64,000 nt of DNA, taken from Hyphomicrobiales bacterium. Lineage in GTDB: Bacteria; Pseudomonadota; Alphaproteobacteria; Rhizobiales; JACESI01. Below are positions 1 through 10,446 of this stretch, one piece after another; positions within the stretch are counted from its first letter, which is position 1, and each line of letters starts with the position of its first letter. Position numbers and translations under genes: made by a program. The notes under the pieces were generated by a model that was not told the DNA's origin, did not search any database, and was given only the letters and a program-made list of their open reading frames with translations. The DNA lies in NCBI GenBank assembly GCA_039964305.1, contig JBDVXS010000139.1, positions 1,501 through 65,500 of the forward strand, written 5' to 3'.

Positions 1-176
1 TGATGGGTATTGATCAAACCAGGTATCACGACATGGCGTGAGGCATCCATGATCTTGTCCACAACAGGTGTTTGACCAGAGGCAACGAGTTCAACAATAC
101 GGCCCCCTTCAACAACGATGCCGTCTTGTGCATTGTCTGCCAAAATGGCAAGCGGTTGTTTAATCCAGGTTCTCAT
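1..176 (-). CDS. Amidohydrolase, 8-oxoguanine deaminase-like (N-terminal fragment, runs off the window)
   Basis: Hand translation from the ATG at 176 gives MRTWIKQPLAILADNAQDGIVVEGGRIVELVASGQTPVVDKIMDASRHVVIPGLINTH. The N-terminus and the start of the HxH metal motif are typical of 8-oxoguanine deaminase and atrazine-type amidohydrolases. Confidence 0.6.
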   Translation of the reverse strand, partial: MRTWIKQPLAILADNAQDGIVVEGGRIVELVASGQTPVVDKIMDASRHVVIPGLINTH

Positions 177-295
177 TGATCACCGTCTTTCCGTGTTTCG
201 ACTGTCATTGTAATCGTTGCGATCGCAAAACAAAATTTCTCATGCAAAATTAGAGGCTGCCCACCTCATTGAATAACGCAGCAAGCAATCTCGCC

Positions 296-2611
296 TTAAA
301 CGGAAACAAAGTCCACGCTTTTCCCAAGCGGTAAAAGTCTTTCGCGTTTTCCAAGCAAATCGTAAACCGCATTTGCAAGAGCTGGCATAGACGGTGGCAC
401 ACCTGGTTCACCCACGCCGCCAATATGGCCTGTTGATTGGAGAATTTTCACTTCAACTGGCGGTGTCGTGCCCATGCGTAGGGCGTCATACTCATCAAAA
501 TTACCCTCAACAACTTCACCGTCTTCAAAGGTAATGTCACCATAAATCGCGGCACTCAGGCCATATAAAATGGCCGATGTAACTTGCGCCTCAATGATGC
601 TCGGATCAAAGGCTGTGCCCACATCAATCGCGCACCAAACCTTATCAATTTTGACGCCGTCTTCTGTCTGGCTTACATCAACAATCTGCGCGGTCGGAGA
701 ACCGAAGGCATAACAAAACGCAACACCGCGACCAAAGCCATCGCCCCGCCCACGCCCTGCCCCTGTCGGCGCACCCCAACCAGAAATATCACCAACGGCT
801 CGCAGCGTATCAAAGGAAGGTTTATCTAAATCCTTCATGAGATTAAGACGCATCGCAAGCGGGTCTAATCGCTTAGCAACGGCCAGTTCATCAAGGAAGC
901 TCTCAAGAAAGAATGAGTTATAAGAATTGCCAACCGAGCGCCACGATCCAACGGGCACTTCAACATTGGATAAATACCCGTTCACCTGAAAATCTGGAAT
1001 GCCGTAGGGTTGATCAAACGCACCCTCAACCAGCAGCTTGTCTGGTCCCGGGGGTGTGATGCCCAAAACGCGTTTTGCTTGGTTTCGATAAACTGACGGC
1101 GCGGCAATATCGAGCTTCAACGCGCTTGGCCCATTCTCGCTAACGATACCCTTCATGCGGGCAAGGGCAGCAGGGCGGTAGAAGTCATGGCGCACATCTT
1201 CTTCCCGTGTCCATGTCAATTTAACGGGTCGCCCTTCCATGGCTTTCGCCAATTTTGCCGCTTGAACCGCGACATCGTATTCTGGCTTACGACCAAAGCC
1301 TCCACCCAGATAAGGCGTATGCACGCGCACATCGTCAGTGCTTAATCCAACAGCCTTTGCTGCCTGTTCTTGAATGACTGTCGGCGCTTGGTTGCCGACC
1401 CAAACATCAAGCTGACCATCTTGCAGCAGGGCCGTTGCATTCATCGGTTCCATCGCGGTATGGGCAAGATAAGGAACACGGTAACTGGCTTCAATCACTT
1501 GTGATGCTGCCGCCAATGTCTCTTCAATAGTTCCGTCATCGCGCAAAACAGAATTGGGCTCATCATCAAACGCTTTTTCAATTTCAGCATAAATGCCGTC
1601 AGTGTCCGCAGGATAAGGCGCATCACCCCATTCAATCTCAAGGGATTGTGCTGCTTGAAAGGCCGTCCACGTATTGTCAGCTATGACACCAATCCCGTCC
1701 CATAAATCGACAACTTTCTCAACGCCCCTCATCGCGGCCGCTTTTGACCCATCAAAGGAGAGCATTTTGCCACCAAGTTTTGGATTGAACCGCACAGTGG
1801 CAAACAACATTTCATCTTGTTTTACATCAATGCCAAACTCAGCCGTTCCCGTAACCTTGCCAACCATATCTTTGCGCGGCATGGCTTTGCCAAGATATCG
1901 CCAGTCTGACGGGTCTTTCAAAGGCGGGTTCTGTTCCACCTTTATCGCAGACGCATCAAGCGCCAAATCTTGATATTTTAAGCGACTGCCATTGGGCGCA
2001 ATCACTTCGCCATTGTTCGTTTTGAGTTCGCTTGCAGGCACATCAAATTCATAAGCCGCAGCTTCCATGAGAGCGAGACGAGCGGCCGCGCCTGCTTGAC
2101 GCATTTTCATAAACCCATCGCGCGTAGAGGTAGACCCCCCTGTAATTTGTTGCCGCAAAATTTGACTGGCAACATCCGTTACCCCTGAGACAACATCCTT
2201 CACTGTGCTTTTTGAATAGTCAGCGAACGGCAGGCCAAGTTTCAGCACTTCTGCATTGTAATAGGTCGCACTCGCTGGCCCGTGGATTACTTCAACATCG
2301 TCCCACGCAACGTCCAATTCTTCCGCCACCATGGCTGCAAGCGTTGTGTGAACGCCCTGCCCCATTTCAGCACGCGGCGCGATAACTTTAATGCCTGCAG
2401 CTGTGATGAAAAGATAAGGGTTCAGCGTGATGTCACCGTCTGCATCTTGCAGCGGATTTTTAAACGGCTTCTTATAATGATACGCACCAAAGGCAACACC
2501 ACCAGCAATGGCCATAGACCCCAGCATAAAAACACGGCGCGTTAAGCTGCGTTTCTTTTTCGGCTTTGGCTCTTCAGCCGTTTTAGCCTTCGTCTTCTTC
2601 GCCATAATCAC
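296..2611 (-). CDS. Molybdopterin-binding large subunit of an IorAB-type (isoquinoline 1-oxidoreductase / aldehyde oxidase family) hydroxylase
   Basis: 771-aa ORF with a Tat-like N-terminus ([16 protein letters not shown]). Length and xanthine dehydrogenase/aldehyde oxidase family blocks fit, and it overlaps the stop of the upstream 2Fe-2S subunit. The ORF start is GTG at 2611; an alternative ATG lies at 2605. Confidence 0.85.
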   Translation of the reverse strand: MIMAKKTKAKTAEEPKPKKKRSLTRRVFMLGSMAIAGGVAFGAYHYKKPFKNPLQDADGDITLNPYLFITAAGIKVIAPRAEMGQGVHTTLAAMVAEELDVAWDDVEVIHGPASATYYNAEVLKLGLPFADYSKSTVKDVVSGVTDVASQILRQQITGGSTSTRDGFMKMRQAGAAARLALMEAAAYEFDVPASELKTNNGEVIAPNGSRLKYQDLALDASAIKVEQNPPLKDPSDWRYLGKAMPRKDMVGKVTGTAEFGIDVKQDEMLFATVRFNPKLGGKMLSFDGSKAAAMRGVEKVVDLWDGIGVIADNTWTAFQAAQSLEIEWGDAPYPADTDGIYAEIEKAFDDEPNSVLRDDGTIEETLAAASQVIEASYRVPYLAHTAMEPMNATALLQDGQLDVWVGNQAPTVIQEQAAKAVGLSTDDVRVHTPYLGGGFGRKPEYDVAVQAAKLAKAMEGRPVKLTWTREEDVRHDFYRPAALARMKGIVSENGPSALKLDIAAPSVYRNQAKRVLGITPPGPDKLLVEGAFDQPYGIPDFQVNGYLSNVEVPVGSWRSVGNSYNSFFLESFLDELAVAKRLDPLAMRLNLMKDLDKPSFDTLRAVGDISGWGAPTGAGRGRGDGFGRGVAFCYAFGSPTAQIVDVSQTEDGVKIDKVWCAIDVGTAFDPSIIEAQVTSAILYGLSAAIYGDITFEDGEVVEGNFDEYDALRMGTTPPVEVKILQSTGHIGGVGEPGVPPSMPALANAVYDLLGKRERLLPLGKSVDFVSV

Positions 2612-3084
2612 GCATCCTCTTTCAGCATTTTAGAGGCTTCATGTATGGCTGCGCGAATACGCGGGTAAGTGGCACAACGGCACAGATTGCCGGACATCGC
2701 ATCATCTATATCAACATCAGTTGGTTCTGGGTTAGCATCAAGCAAAGCTGACGCGCTCATGATTTGACCAGACTGGCAATAACCGCATTGGGCAACTTGA
2801 TGTTTCACCCAAGCCTTTTGCACCACCCCCAAAGAGGCCGGTGTGCCCATGCCTTCAATTGTGGTGACAACCGCATCTTCAACATCACCAACAGGTGTGA
2901 CACAGGAACGAATAGGTTCGCCGTCAAGGTGAACAGTGCAAGCACCGCAAGCTGCAATACCGCAACCAAATTTAGTACCCGTCAGGCCAATCACATCCCG
3001 CAGCACCCACAAAAGAGGCATTTCAGGGTCAACATCGACGTCGTGTTCAACCTTGTTGATTGTAAGCTTCATGACATTCGTCAT
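2608..3084 (-). CDS. (2Fe-2S)-binding small subunit of the IorAB-type hydroxylase
   Basis: 158 aa with two Cys clusters ([11 protein letters not shown] and CGYCQSG...CRC), diagnostic of the CoxS/IorA-type double 2Fe-2S subunit. It is coupled to the large subunit. Confidence 0.9.
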   Translation of the reverse strand: MTNVMKLTINKVEHDVDVDPEMPLLWVLRDVIGLTGTKFGCGIAACGACTVHLDGEPIRSCVTPVGDVEDAVVTTIEGMGTPASLGVVQKAWVKHQVAQCGYCQSGQIMSASALLDANPEPTDVDIDDAMSGNLCRCATYPRIRAAIHEASKMLKEDA

Positions 3085-3155
3085 CCCTTATCGCTCAGTG
3101 TTGCTGCGTCATGTAATCAATAGGAGGGTTTTTACCAACCAATTTGTTGGACGAA

Positions 3156-3932
3156 TTACGTTCTTAACGCTGGCAACCCAATACCAACAGCTTCAAACCC
3201 ACCATCAGCAGCCAGCGTTTGGCCCGTGATAAAACTTGCCTCTGGTGAACTGAGAAAACAAATCGCATGAGCAATTTCTTGTTCGCTACCATAACGGTTC
3301 AATGGCAAAGCATCATGGTAAGCCGCTCGAATTTCAGGCGTATGAACGGCAAGCGCAAGCTTCGTATTAACGGGGCCAGGCGCTACGGCATTCGCCCTAA
3401 TACCAAGCTCCCCAAGCTCTGCTGCCTGTTGCAGGGTGAGTTGAATAACAGCGGCTTTAGACGTGCCATATGCCACCCGCAAGGTACTTGCTCGCAAGCC
3501 AGAAATAGACGCGATATTGACAATGGCAGCGCCCCCTTTGCCCGCATCCTTTGCGCCTTTAGCCAGCATATCTGTCATGGCTTGAACCATTAAAAATGTG
3601 CCATCCAAATTTGTCGCCATAACACGGCGCCAGCGCTCGAAGGTTGTTTCTTGGATAGGGCCAAAATCTGCAACACCTGCATTATTCACCAACGCATGAA
3701 GAGCGCCAAATTCTCCAGAAATTTGGCTTGCAAGTGCCGCCACTTGATTAGGGTCAGACACATCCATTGTGATAGGCAAGACATCTGGCAAGCCCTCTGA
3801 GGCGGCATCCAGCTCGTCCCCATCAATATCAATCATCGCAACACGCCAGCCTTTGCCCAAGAGCAATTGCGTTGTCGCCAAACCAATGCCGCGAGCAGCG
3901 CCGGTGACCAAAGCTGTTTTCATGTGTTGCAT
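3156..3932 (-). CDS. Short-chain dehydrogenase/reductase (SDR)
   Basis: TGAARGIG cofactor motif, NNAG, and catalytic YGTSKAAV (YxxxK). Length 258 aa. Confidence 0.85.
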   Translation of the reverse strand: MQHMKTALVTGAARGIGLATTQLLLGKGWRVAMIDIDGDELDAASEGLPDVLPITMDVSDPNQVAALASQISGEFGALHALVNNAGVADFGPIQETTFERWRRVMATNLDGTFLMVQAMTDMLAKGAKDAGKGGAAIVNIASISGLRASTLRVAYGTSKAAVIQLTLQQAAELGELGIRANAVAPGPVNTKLALAVHTPEIRAAYHDALPLNRYGSEQEIAHAICFLSSPEASFITGQTLAADGGFEAVGIGLPALRT

Positions 3933-3952
3933 CCTAAATGAAATATCGGCGA

Positions 3953-4870
3953 CTACTTAACTCGATTTAACAACCGCCCGTCAATGACAACCAGCGCCAA
4001 CCCGATAAACACCATGCCGATAACATGCTTGATTTCTAAGCTTTCGTTCAAAAACAAAATGCCCAACAAGATGGCGCTTGGCGGAATTAAAAATGTAACC
4101 AATGATAGATTAGTGGCACCTGCGCGCGCAATAATATTGAACACAAGCACATAAGCAAATGCCGTTGAAAAAATCGCAAGCGACATCAACGACGCCATGG
4201 TGAATTGAGATGGCAGTGCGAGTGTCCAAGGTTTATCGACCAACAACATAACGGGGAAAAGCACAAGGGTAGACGCCGTCAATTGGCCTGTAGCAGATGC
4301 CATTGGTTTAATGCCCATAGCACTAAAACGACGGCCCCATATTCCAGCAAATCCATAAGAAACACCAGCACCCAAAATAGCAAGTTGAGCGAATAAATTG
4401 ACGCCTAATCCGTCAAGTGCATCACCACCAATCAAAACCACGACGCCCATAATGCCCAGTATCACGCCTGTTACTTTGCGCGGTGTCATCTTTTCGTCAG
4501 CGGTTAGAAAATGCGCGATCACAATCGTGAAGACGGGCATCATACTATTAAAGATAGATGCAAGCCCTGATGCGATGTGAGACTGCCCCCATACGATGAG
4601 CGTAAACGGAATGACATTGTTCAAAACCGCCATGCCGAAGAATGCTTTCCATGCCGCACCTGTTTTTGGCATGTGTACCTTCAACATTGGCAAGATGAGC
4701 CAAAGCGCAAGAGCCGCTAAGCCAACGCGCGCTACCACCACCGTAAAGGTTGGCAGCTCTTGCACCGCAACGCCTTGGAAAAAGAACGACCCTCCCCACA
4801 GCACAGACAACAAAATCAGCATACCCCAAACAAGTGGCGACATGGTCTTCGTGATAGCGGGATTGATCAT
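3953..4870 (-). CDS. DMT-superfamily (EamA-like) transporter
   Basis: 305 aa with about 10 hydrophobic helices in a duplicated EamA-type organisation. Confidence 0.8.
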   Translation of the reverse strand: MINPAITKTMSPLVWGMLILLSVLWGGSFFFQGVAVQELPTFTVVVARVGLAALALWLILPMLKVHMPKTGAAWKAFFGMAVLNNVIPFTLIVWGQSHIASGLASIFNSMMPVFTIVIAHFLTADEKMTPRKVTGVILGIMGVVVLIGGDALDGLGVNLFAQLAILGAGVSYGFAGIWGRRFSAMGIKPMASATGQLTASTLVLFPVMLLVDKPWTLALPSQFTMASLMSLAIFSTAFAYVLVFNIIARAGATNLSLVTFLIPPSAILLGILFLNESLEIKHVIGMVFIGLALVVIDGRLLNRVK

Positions 4871-5137
4871 TTATATTCCTAATCGAACTCAGCAATCAGC
4901 TTTGCCGCAAAAAGCAATGGAACACCACCCATTTCTTGTTGGCCCGTTTCATGTCTTCTGATAAGTATATTAGGCAATAACGTTTACGCAATTAACAGAT
5001 AAGGCTGCGGAAATACTAGGCGACGATCATTATCAGTGCGTTCTATTTGCCATCGCATTATTCGGACTGCTGATAAAAAAATAATGGCAACTTATCTGTT
5101 TCATAAAAAGTATAGCTATCATTAGGATATCAAACAG

Positions 5138-6295
5138 ATGACACCTTTTACTTTTAGTACGTCAGCGAACATTCGCTTTGGAAGTGGTATTTTGAGCGAT
5201 CTTGGCACCATAAGCCAAACAGCTCTGGGTGAGCGCGTCGTCGTCATCACCGATCCGGGCATGATGGCGACCGGGTTAGTTGATCGTGTTGTCGAGGCCT
5301 TAAATTCTGAAAATGTCGAACACATTGTCTATACAGATGTAAAAGCAGACCCCCCTGAAGAAATTGTACTCGCAGCAACAGACTTTGCCGTCGATTATGG
5401 GGCGACAGGCATAATCGGCTTTGGTGGCGGCTCTTCACTTGATGTCGCCAAGCTGGTTGCCGTTCTTGCAAGAGGCGCCCAAAATCTCAAAGACATTTAC
5501 GGCATTGGTAATGTCACAGGTGGCAGATTACCGCTCCTCCTCATCCCAACAACTTCAGGTACTGGGTCAGAAGTAACACCCATTTCAATCATCACCACAG
5601 GCACCAATGAAAAGATGGGCGTTGTCTCACCCGTTATCATTCCTGATATTGCCTTGCTTGATCCTGATCTAACAATCGGCCTGCCCGCTCACATTACCGC
5701 CGCAACAGGTATTGATGCGATGGTTCATGCCATTGAAGCCTATGCGTCTAAAAGCGCGAACAATAATCCAATCTCTCGCAATCTTGCGAAAGAGGCTTTG
5801 AGTTTAATGGGTGCATCACTGGAAACTGCCGTCCATGAGGGCCACAATATCAAAGCCCGTGGCGATATGTTGTTAGGTTCAATGTTGGCCGGACAAGCCT
5901 TTGCCAATTCACCTGTTGCAGCCGTTCATGCTCTCGCCTATCCGCTTGGTGGTCACTATAAAATTCCGCACGGCCTTTCGAACGCTTTGGTTCTACCGCA
6001 CGTGCTCCGCTTTAACGCCGTTACGGCGCCTGCGCCATACGCAGAAATTGCGCCTTACGCCTTTCCTGATTTGGCAGGTATGGAAAGCCAAGAAGGGGCA
6101 GCGGCGTTTGCAGAAGAAATGGCAGACCTTTCTGCACGCTGCGGCCTGCCGCAATCACTGCGTGAAGTTGAGGTGACAGAAGACAGCCTGCCAATGCTTG
6201 CCAATGACGCGATGAACCAAACCCGTCTCTTGGTGAACAATCCGCGCGACGTTACAGAAGCCGACGCTTTGCATATTTATAAAGCAGCGTTCTAA
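5138..6295 (+). CDS. Iron-containing (group III) alcohol dehydrogenase
   Basis: GFGGGSSLDVAK nucleotide-binding motif and a conserved His cluster (HAIEAY..., HGLSNA). Length 385 aa. Confidence 0.85.
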   Translation: MTPFTFSTSANIRFGSGILSDLGTISQTALGERVVVITDPGMMATGLVDRVVEALNSENVEHIVYTDVKADPPEEIVLAATDFAVDYGATGIIGFGGGSSLDVAKLVAVLARGAQNLKDIYGIGNVTGGRLPLLLIPTTSGTGSEVTPISIITTGTNEKMGVVSPVIIPDIALLDPDLTIGLPAHITAATGIDAMVHAIEAYASKSANNNPISRNLAKEALSLMGASLETAVHEGHNIKARGDMLLGSMLAGQAFANSPVAAVHALAYPLGGHYKIPHGLSNALVLPHVLRFNAVTAPAPYAEIAPYAFPDLAGMESQEGAAAFAEEMADLSARCGLPQSLREVEVTEDSLPMLANDAMNQTRLLVNNPRDVTEADALHIYKAAF

Positions 6296-7170
6296 GCAGC
6301 TTTTGCTTTCTTGCGCTCTGGCGTGAATAGAATAATTGCGACACCAAACAAGATGATGGCACCACCAGCAAGCTTCGTGATGGTTGGTACTTCGTTCAAA
6401 AAGATGACACCACCAATTACTGAGAAAACAGGCAGCAGAAGCAAGAAGGGCGCGACCTTACCGACATCGTGCCGTCTAATCAGCGTGTTCCAAAAATAAT
6501 ACCCCAAAGCAGTCATCACGATGCCTAAATAAACCACTGCCCACCAGACAATGGGTTCAGCCCCTTGCAAGGCTTCAACTTGTCCTTCTTCAAACAGATA
6601 GGACATCACCAGCAATTGCGGAAAAGCAAAAACCGCAATCCACGTTGTTACTTGCAGCCCGTCAATATCTTTGAGCTTCCTAATCATCACCTGACCAAGC
6701 GCCCATGAAAAAGCGCCGCCAACAACAAGCATCATGGACGTGACACTGCCGCTGAATTCATCTTGCTGGGTCATGATGGCCACCCCAAAAAACGCAACGA
6801 TAATGCCAAACCATTTCCGCATCTCTGGCTTTTCGCGAAGCAGAAACACACCAAGCAGCACCAAGAACGGCACTTCAAGCTGAACCACCAAAGCAGCAAT
6901 GCCTGCTTCAAGCCCTTTCAGGCCAGTAAAGGTCAGGCTGTATTGAATGGCCGCAGCAACGATTGCGATCAGAAAGAGTGCACGCAAATTTCCCTTTGGA
7001 ATTTTTACAAAGAAAACCAAGACCGCAGCCGTAAGGCCAAAGCGGAGAGCCATCAATAATATGGGTGGGAAATGCTCAATCGCTCCCTTAGCAACCACAA
7101 ACCCCATGCCCCAAATCAGCGGAACAGCAAGGCCCATCAAAGCTTCTACTGGCGTTAGTTTAGACATCAT
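6292..7170 (-). CDS. DMT-superfamily (EamA-like) transporter
   Basis: 292 aa polytopic membrane protein with an EamA repeat architecture. It is convergent with the ADH gene and overlaps its stop. Confidence 0.8.
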   Translation of the reverse strand: MMSKLTPVEALMGLAVPLIWGMGFVVAKGAIEHFPPILLMALRFGLTAAVLVFFVKIPKGNLRALFLIAIVAAAIQYSLTFTGLKGLEAGIAALVVQLEVPFLVLLGVFLLREKPEMRKWFGIIVAFFGVAIMTQQDEFSGSVTSMMLVVGGAFSWALGQVMIRKLKDIDGLQVTTWIAVFAFPQLLVMSYLFEEGQVEALQGAEPIVWWAVVYLGIVMTALGYYFWNTLIRRHDVGKVAPFLLLLPVFSVIGGVIFLNEVPTITKLAGGAIILFGVAIILFTPERKKAKAA

Positions 7171-7262
7171 CCACCCCTTGATACTCTGACGTCTCTACAC
7201 CAAAAACAGCACCCCGCAATGCCTTGAATGCGACGTGATCTATTATTATTGAGAGTAAGCGG

Positions 7263-8078
7263 TTAGCTACCGTGATGTTCTTTTTGTAATCGCTCTAGCT
7301 GGCGCTTCATCCATTGCTTGGGAATAAGATGACCGCCATTGTGCAACTCTAATTCAACATCGTGTTTGGATGAACAACCTGTCCAAACACTTTGGCTAAA
7401 GCTTGCAACTTGTTTGGTTTGATCAGGGGCTGCACGACAGCCCGCCAATTGCACCCACGGATAAACAGAATAAAGCGGGTCATCATTTGCACCGACGGGT
7501 ATATCCATCACTGTATCTTTCAACCCATGCACATGTCGCAGCGTGATAGGCGACGCGCAACTCTCCAACTCTTCCAAATTCCATAACGTTCCTGCCATAG
7601 TCAAGAAACCAGCAAAGTCCGCGCCGCGCTCACACGCCAACCGCCATGCCATTGCGGCTCCATAAGAAAAGCCCGACACGTAAATGCGCTCTTTATCTAT
7701 CGGAAACCGTTTGGCCGCGTCCTCAATCATCGCTTCAACAAATGGAACATCCCGTGAGGGTGAATTCCAAAATGACCACGACTTGCCAGCCCCATTAGGC
7801 GCTAACAACAACAAGCCTGTCTCTTTGGTTGCTCCTGCAACCTTCTTATTGTTCAGCACATTTTTGCCTGTACGGCCCCAGCCATGAAAATGGATAAGCA
7901 GCGGCAGTTTATCAGTGCCATTCCATTCATCTGGAAGTTGCACTTGATAAGAGCGCCCACTTTCTAACGTACAACCATCTGTCCCATCGCATCCAACCAA
8001 GTCGGATGCTTTAGCATCAAAGGTAGACATAAAGCTCACAGCAGAAAATGCGAGGGCGGCAAGGGCGGTTGATTTCAT
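7263..8078 (-). CDS. Secreted alpha/beta-hydrolase, PHB-depolymerase-family (LpqC-like) esterase
   Basis: Signal peptide (MKSTALAALAFSAVSFMSTFDAKA), HFHGWG oxyanion-region block and nucleophile elbow GFSYGAAMA. Confidence 0.6.
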   Translation of the reverse strand: MKSTALAALAFSAVSFMSTFDAKASDLVGCDGTDGCTLESGRSYQVQLPDEWNGTDKLPLLIHFHGWGRTGKNVLNNKKVAGATKETGLLLLAPNGAGKSWSFWNSPSRDVPFVEAMIEDAAKRFPIDKERIYVSGFSYGAAMAWRLACERGADFAGFLTMAGTLWNLEELESCASPITLRHVHGLKDTVMDIPVGANDDPLYSVYPWVQLAGCRAAPDQTKQVASFSQSVWTGCSSKHDVELELHNGGHLIPKQWMKRQLERLQKEHHGS

Positions 8079-8226
8079 AACAAATCACTCTGGTTTTTAA
8101 TGTTGCTTCACCAATAAAGCGCCATTGCATCCTATTCAAATAAGACTTTTGCGAGCGGTAGGTTACATCACAAAATGCCTCTGGTAATCAAAAGCACCTT
8201 GCCTATACTGCAACGTCCAATATCTC

Positions 8227-9204
8227 ATGCCGGAGCCAACCATGTCGCAACCAACAATCTTGATGCTAAGCCCTCTTCCAGAAGCACAAGACAAGCAACT
8301 CGAACAACTCGGCAACGTGCACCGCGCCTATAGCCATGATGACAAAGAAGCCCTTTATGACGCCATCAAAAATGACGTCACCATTATTACCACATTCGTC
8401 AATGTAACGTGTGATGGCGTGCTCATGGCCAAGTTTCCCAACCTTAAATTGGTAGCTAACTTCGGCGTTGGTTATGATGGCGTTGAAACGGCCTATGCTG
8501 CAGCAAACGGGATTACCGTTACCAACACACCTGATGTTTTGACGGATGAAGTTGCCGATACTGCGTTAGGGTTGCTGCTCATGACAGTTCGTGAGCTGCC
8601 ACAAGCAGAGCGCTATTTGCGGGCGGGGAAATGGGGAGCATCTGGCCCCTACCCTCTCACCCCTGCATCGCTACAAACCCGCACGCTTGGCATTTATGGT
8701 CTAGGCCGCATCGGCATTGCAATTGCCAAGAGAGCCGAAGCATTTGGCATGGCAATTGAATATCACAACCGTTCGAAAAAGAGCGATTTAGACTACCCCT
8801 ACCATGACAGCCTTTTAAGTCTCGCGAAATCTGTCGACACCCTCATGGTCGTTGTACCCGGTGGCGCTGGCACGTTGAACGCAATCAACGCAGAAGTTTT
8901 AGAAGCGCTTGGTTCAAATGGCCTGTTGATCAATATAGGACGCGGCTCAACCGTTGATGAGGAAGCATTGGGCGAGGCGCTTGCCGACAATACAATCCTT
9001 GGTGCGGGCCTCGACGTATTCGCCGATGAACCTTATGTACCCGCCAACTTTATGACCCACCCTCGTGTTGTGCTTTTGCCTCATGTGGCGTCCGCCTCCC
9101 AACACACACGCGGCTTGATGGCGCAAGTGACCGTTGATAATGTGACGTCATACACGACAAACGGCAGCTTCATCACGCCGGTGCCAGAAACGCCGGTCGC
9201 CTAA
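8227..9204 (+). CDS. D-isomer-specific 2-hydroxyacid dehydrogenase (glyoxylate/hydroxypyruvate reductase-like)
   Basis: NAD-binding GLGRIG and the catalytic region RG...E...H (LLPHVASAS). Length 325 aa. Confidence 0.85.
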   Translation: MPEPTMSQPTILMLSPLPEAQDKQLEQLGNVHRAYSHDDKEALYDAIKNDVTIITTFVNVTCDGVLMAKFPNLKLVANFGVGYDGVETAYAAANGITVTNTPDVLTDEVADTALGLLLMTVRELPQAERYLRAGKWGASGPYPLTPASLQTRTLGIYGLGRIGIAIAKRAEAFGMAIEYHNRSKKSDLDYPYHDSLLSLAKSVDTLMVVVPGGAGTLNAINAEVLEALGSNGLLINIGRGSTVDEEALGEALADNTILGAGLDVFADEPYVPANFMTHPRVVLLPHVASASQHTRGLMAQVTVDNVTSYTTNGSFITPVPETPVA

Positions 9205-9233
9205 AAGTCATTATAACGATTACGAGTAGCACC

Positions 9234-10400
9234 ATGAAAACCACCTCAGGCTTTGATCGCATTGGTGAAGAAAACGCATTCACCGTATTGGCCCGCGCAA
9301 CAGCGCTTGCAAGCGGCGGCATGGACGTTATCAATCTTGGCATCGGTCAACCAGATTTCCCGACCCCTGACCATATTGTGGAAGCCGCTGTTAAAGCGCT
9401 CAAAGATGGACACCACGGTTACACACCTGCCAATGGCATTTTGCCGCTCAGAGAAGCGGTCGCTGCTGATTTACATGGGCGGTACGCAGTTGAGGTAAAC
9501 CCTGACAATGTCATCATCGTCCCCGGTGGCAAGGTGACAATGTATGCAGCAATCGTCATGTTTGGTGAACCGGGTGCGGAAATTCTATATCCAGACCCAG
9601 GCTTCCCGATATATCGCTCGATGATTGAGTTTACGGGTGCAACGCCTGTTGCAATTCCGATCCGTGAGGAAAATCAATTCGCTTTTTCTGCCGACGAAAC
9701 ACTGGCGCTCATCACAGACAAAACCCGCTTAATCATCGTCAACTCACCTGCCAATCCGTGCGGCGGCGTTACGCCAAAATCGGAGATTGATAAATTGGTG
9801 GCGGGCTTGGAGAAATTCCCCAATGTCGCAATCATGTCTGATGAAATCTATGACCGCATGACGTACGATGGCGAAGAACACGTCTCGCTTCTGACCTACC
9901 CAGAAATTCGTGATCGTTTGATCTTGCTCAATGGCTGGTCAAAAACCTATGCCATGACTGGTTGGCGCATGGGCTATTCGGTCTGGCCTGATGAGCTCTA
10001 TGATAAAGTGCGCAAGCTTGCCGTTAATTGCTGGTCTTGTGTCAACGCGCCCGCTCAATATGCGGGCCTTGCTGCTCTGACAGGCCCACAAGATGATGTA
10101 ACCAGCATGATGGCAGCATTTGACGAACGTCGCAAAGTGGTGACAGACGGTTTGAACGCTATTGAAAAGGTAAGCTGCGTCACACCAAAGGGTGCGTTTT
10201 ACGCTTTCCCCAATATCAAAGCGACAGGCTGGAAAGCAAAAGAACTTGCCTCAACCTTGCTTGAACAAACCGGCGTCGCCCTCATCGGTGGGCCAGATTT
10301 CGGCATTCATGGCGAGGGTTATATTCGGGTATCTTATGCGAACTCGACAGAAAATATTGAACGCGCATTGGAACGCGTAGCTGAATTTCTCGCAAAGTAG
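9234..10400 (+). CDS. PLP-dependent class I/II aminotransferase (aspartate aminotransferase-like)
   Basis: SKTYAMTGWRMGY block carrying the PLP lysine. Length 388 aa. Confidence 0.85.
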   Translation: MKTTSGFDRIGEENAFTVLARATALASGGMDVINLGIGQPDFPTPDHIVEAAVKALKDGHHGYTPANGILPLREAVAADLHGRYAVEVNPDNVIIVPGGKVTMYAAIVMFGEPGAEILYPDPGFPIYRSMIEFTGATPVAIPIREENQFAFSADETLALITDKTRLIIVNSPANPCGGVTPKSEIDKLVAGLEKFPNVAIMSDEIYDRMTYDGEEHVSLLTYPEIRDRLILLNGWSKTYAMTGWRMGYSVWPDELYDKVRKLAVNCWSCVNAPAQYAGLAALTGPQDDVTSMMAAFDERRKVVTDGLNAIEKVSCVTPKGAFYAFPNIKATGWKAKELASTLLEQTGVALIGGPDFGIHGEGYIRVSYANSTENIERALERVAEFLAK

Positions 10401-10446
10401 GTAATGGCACTCATTGCACTGTAAGACCAAGCACGTCGGTCGACGC

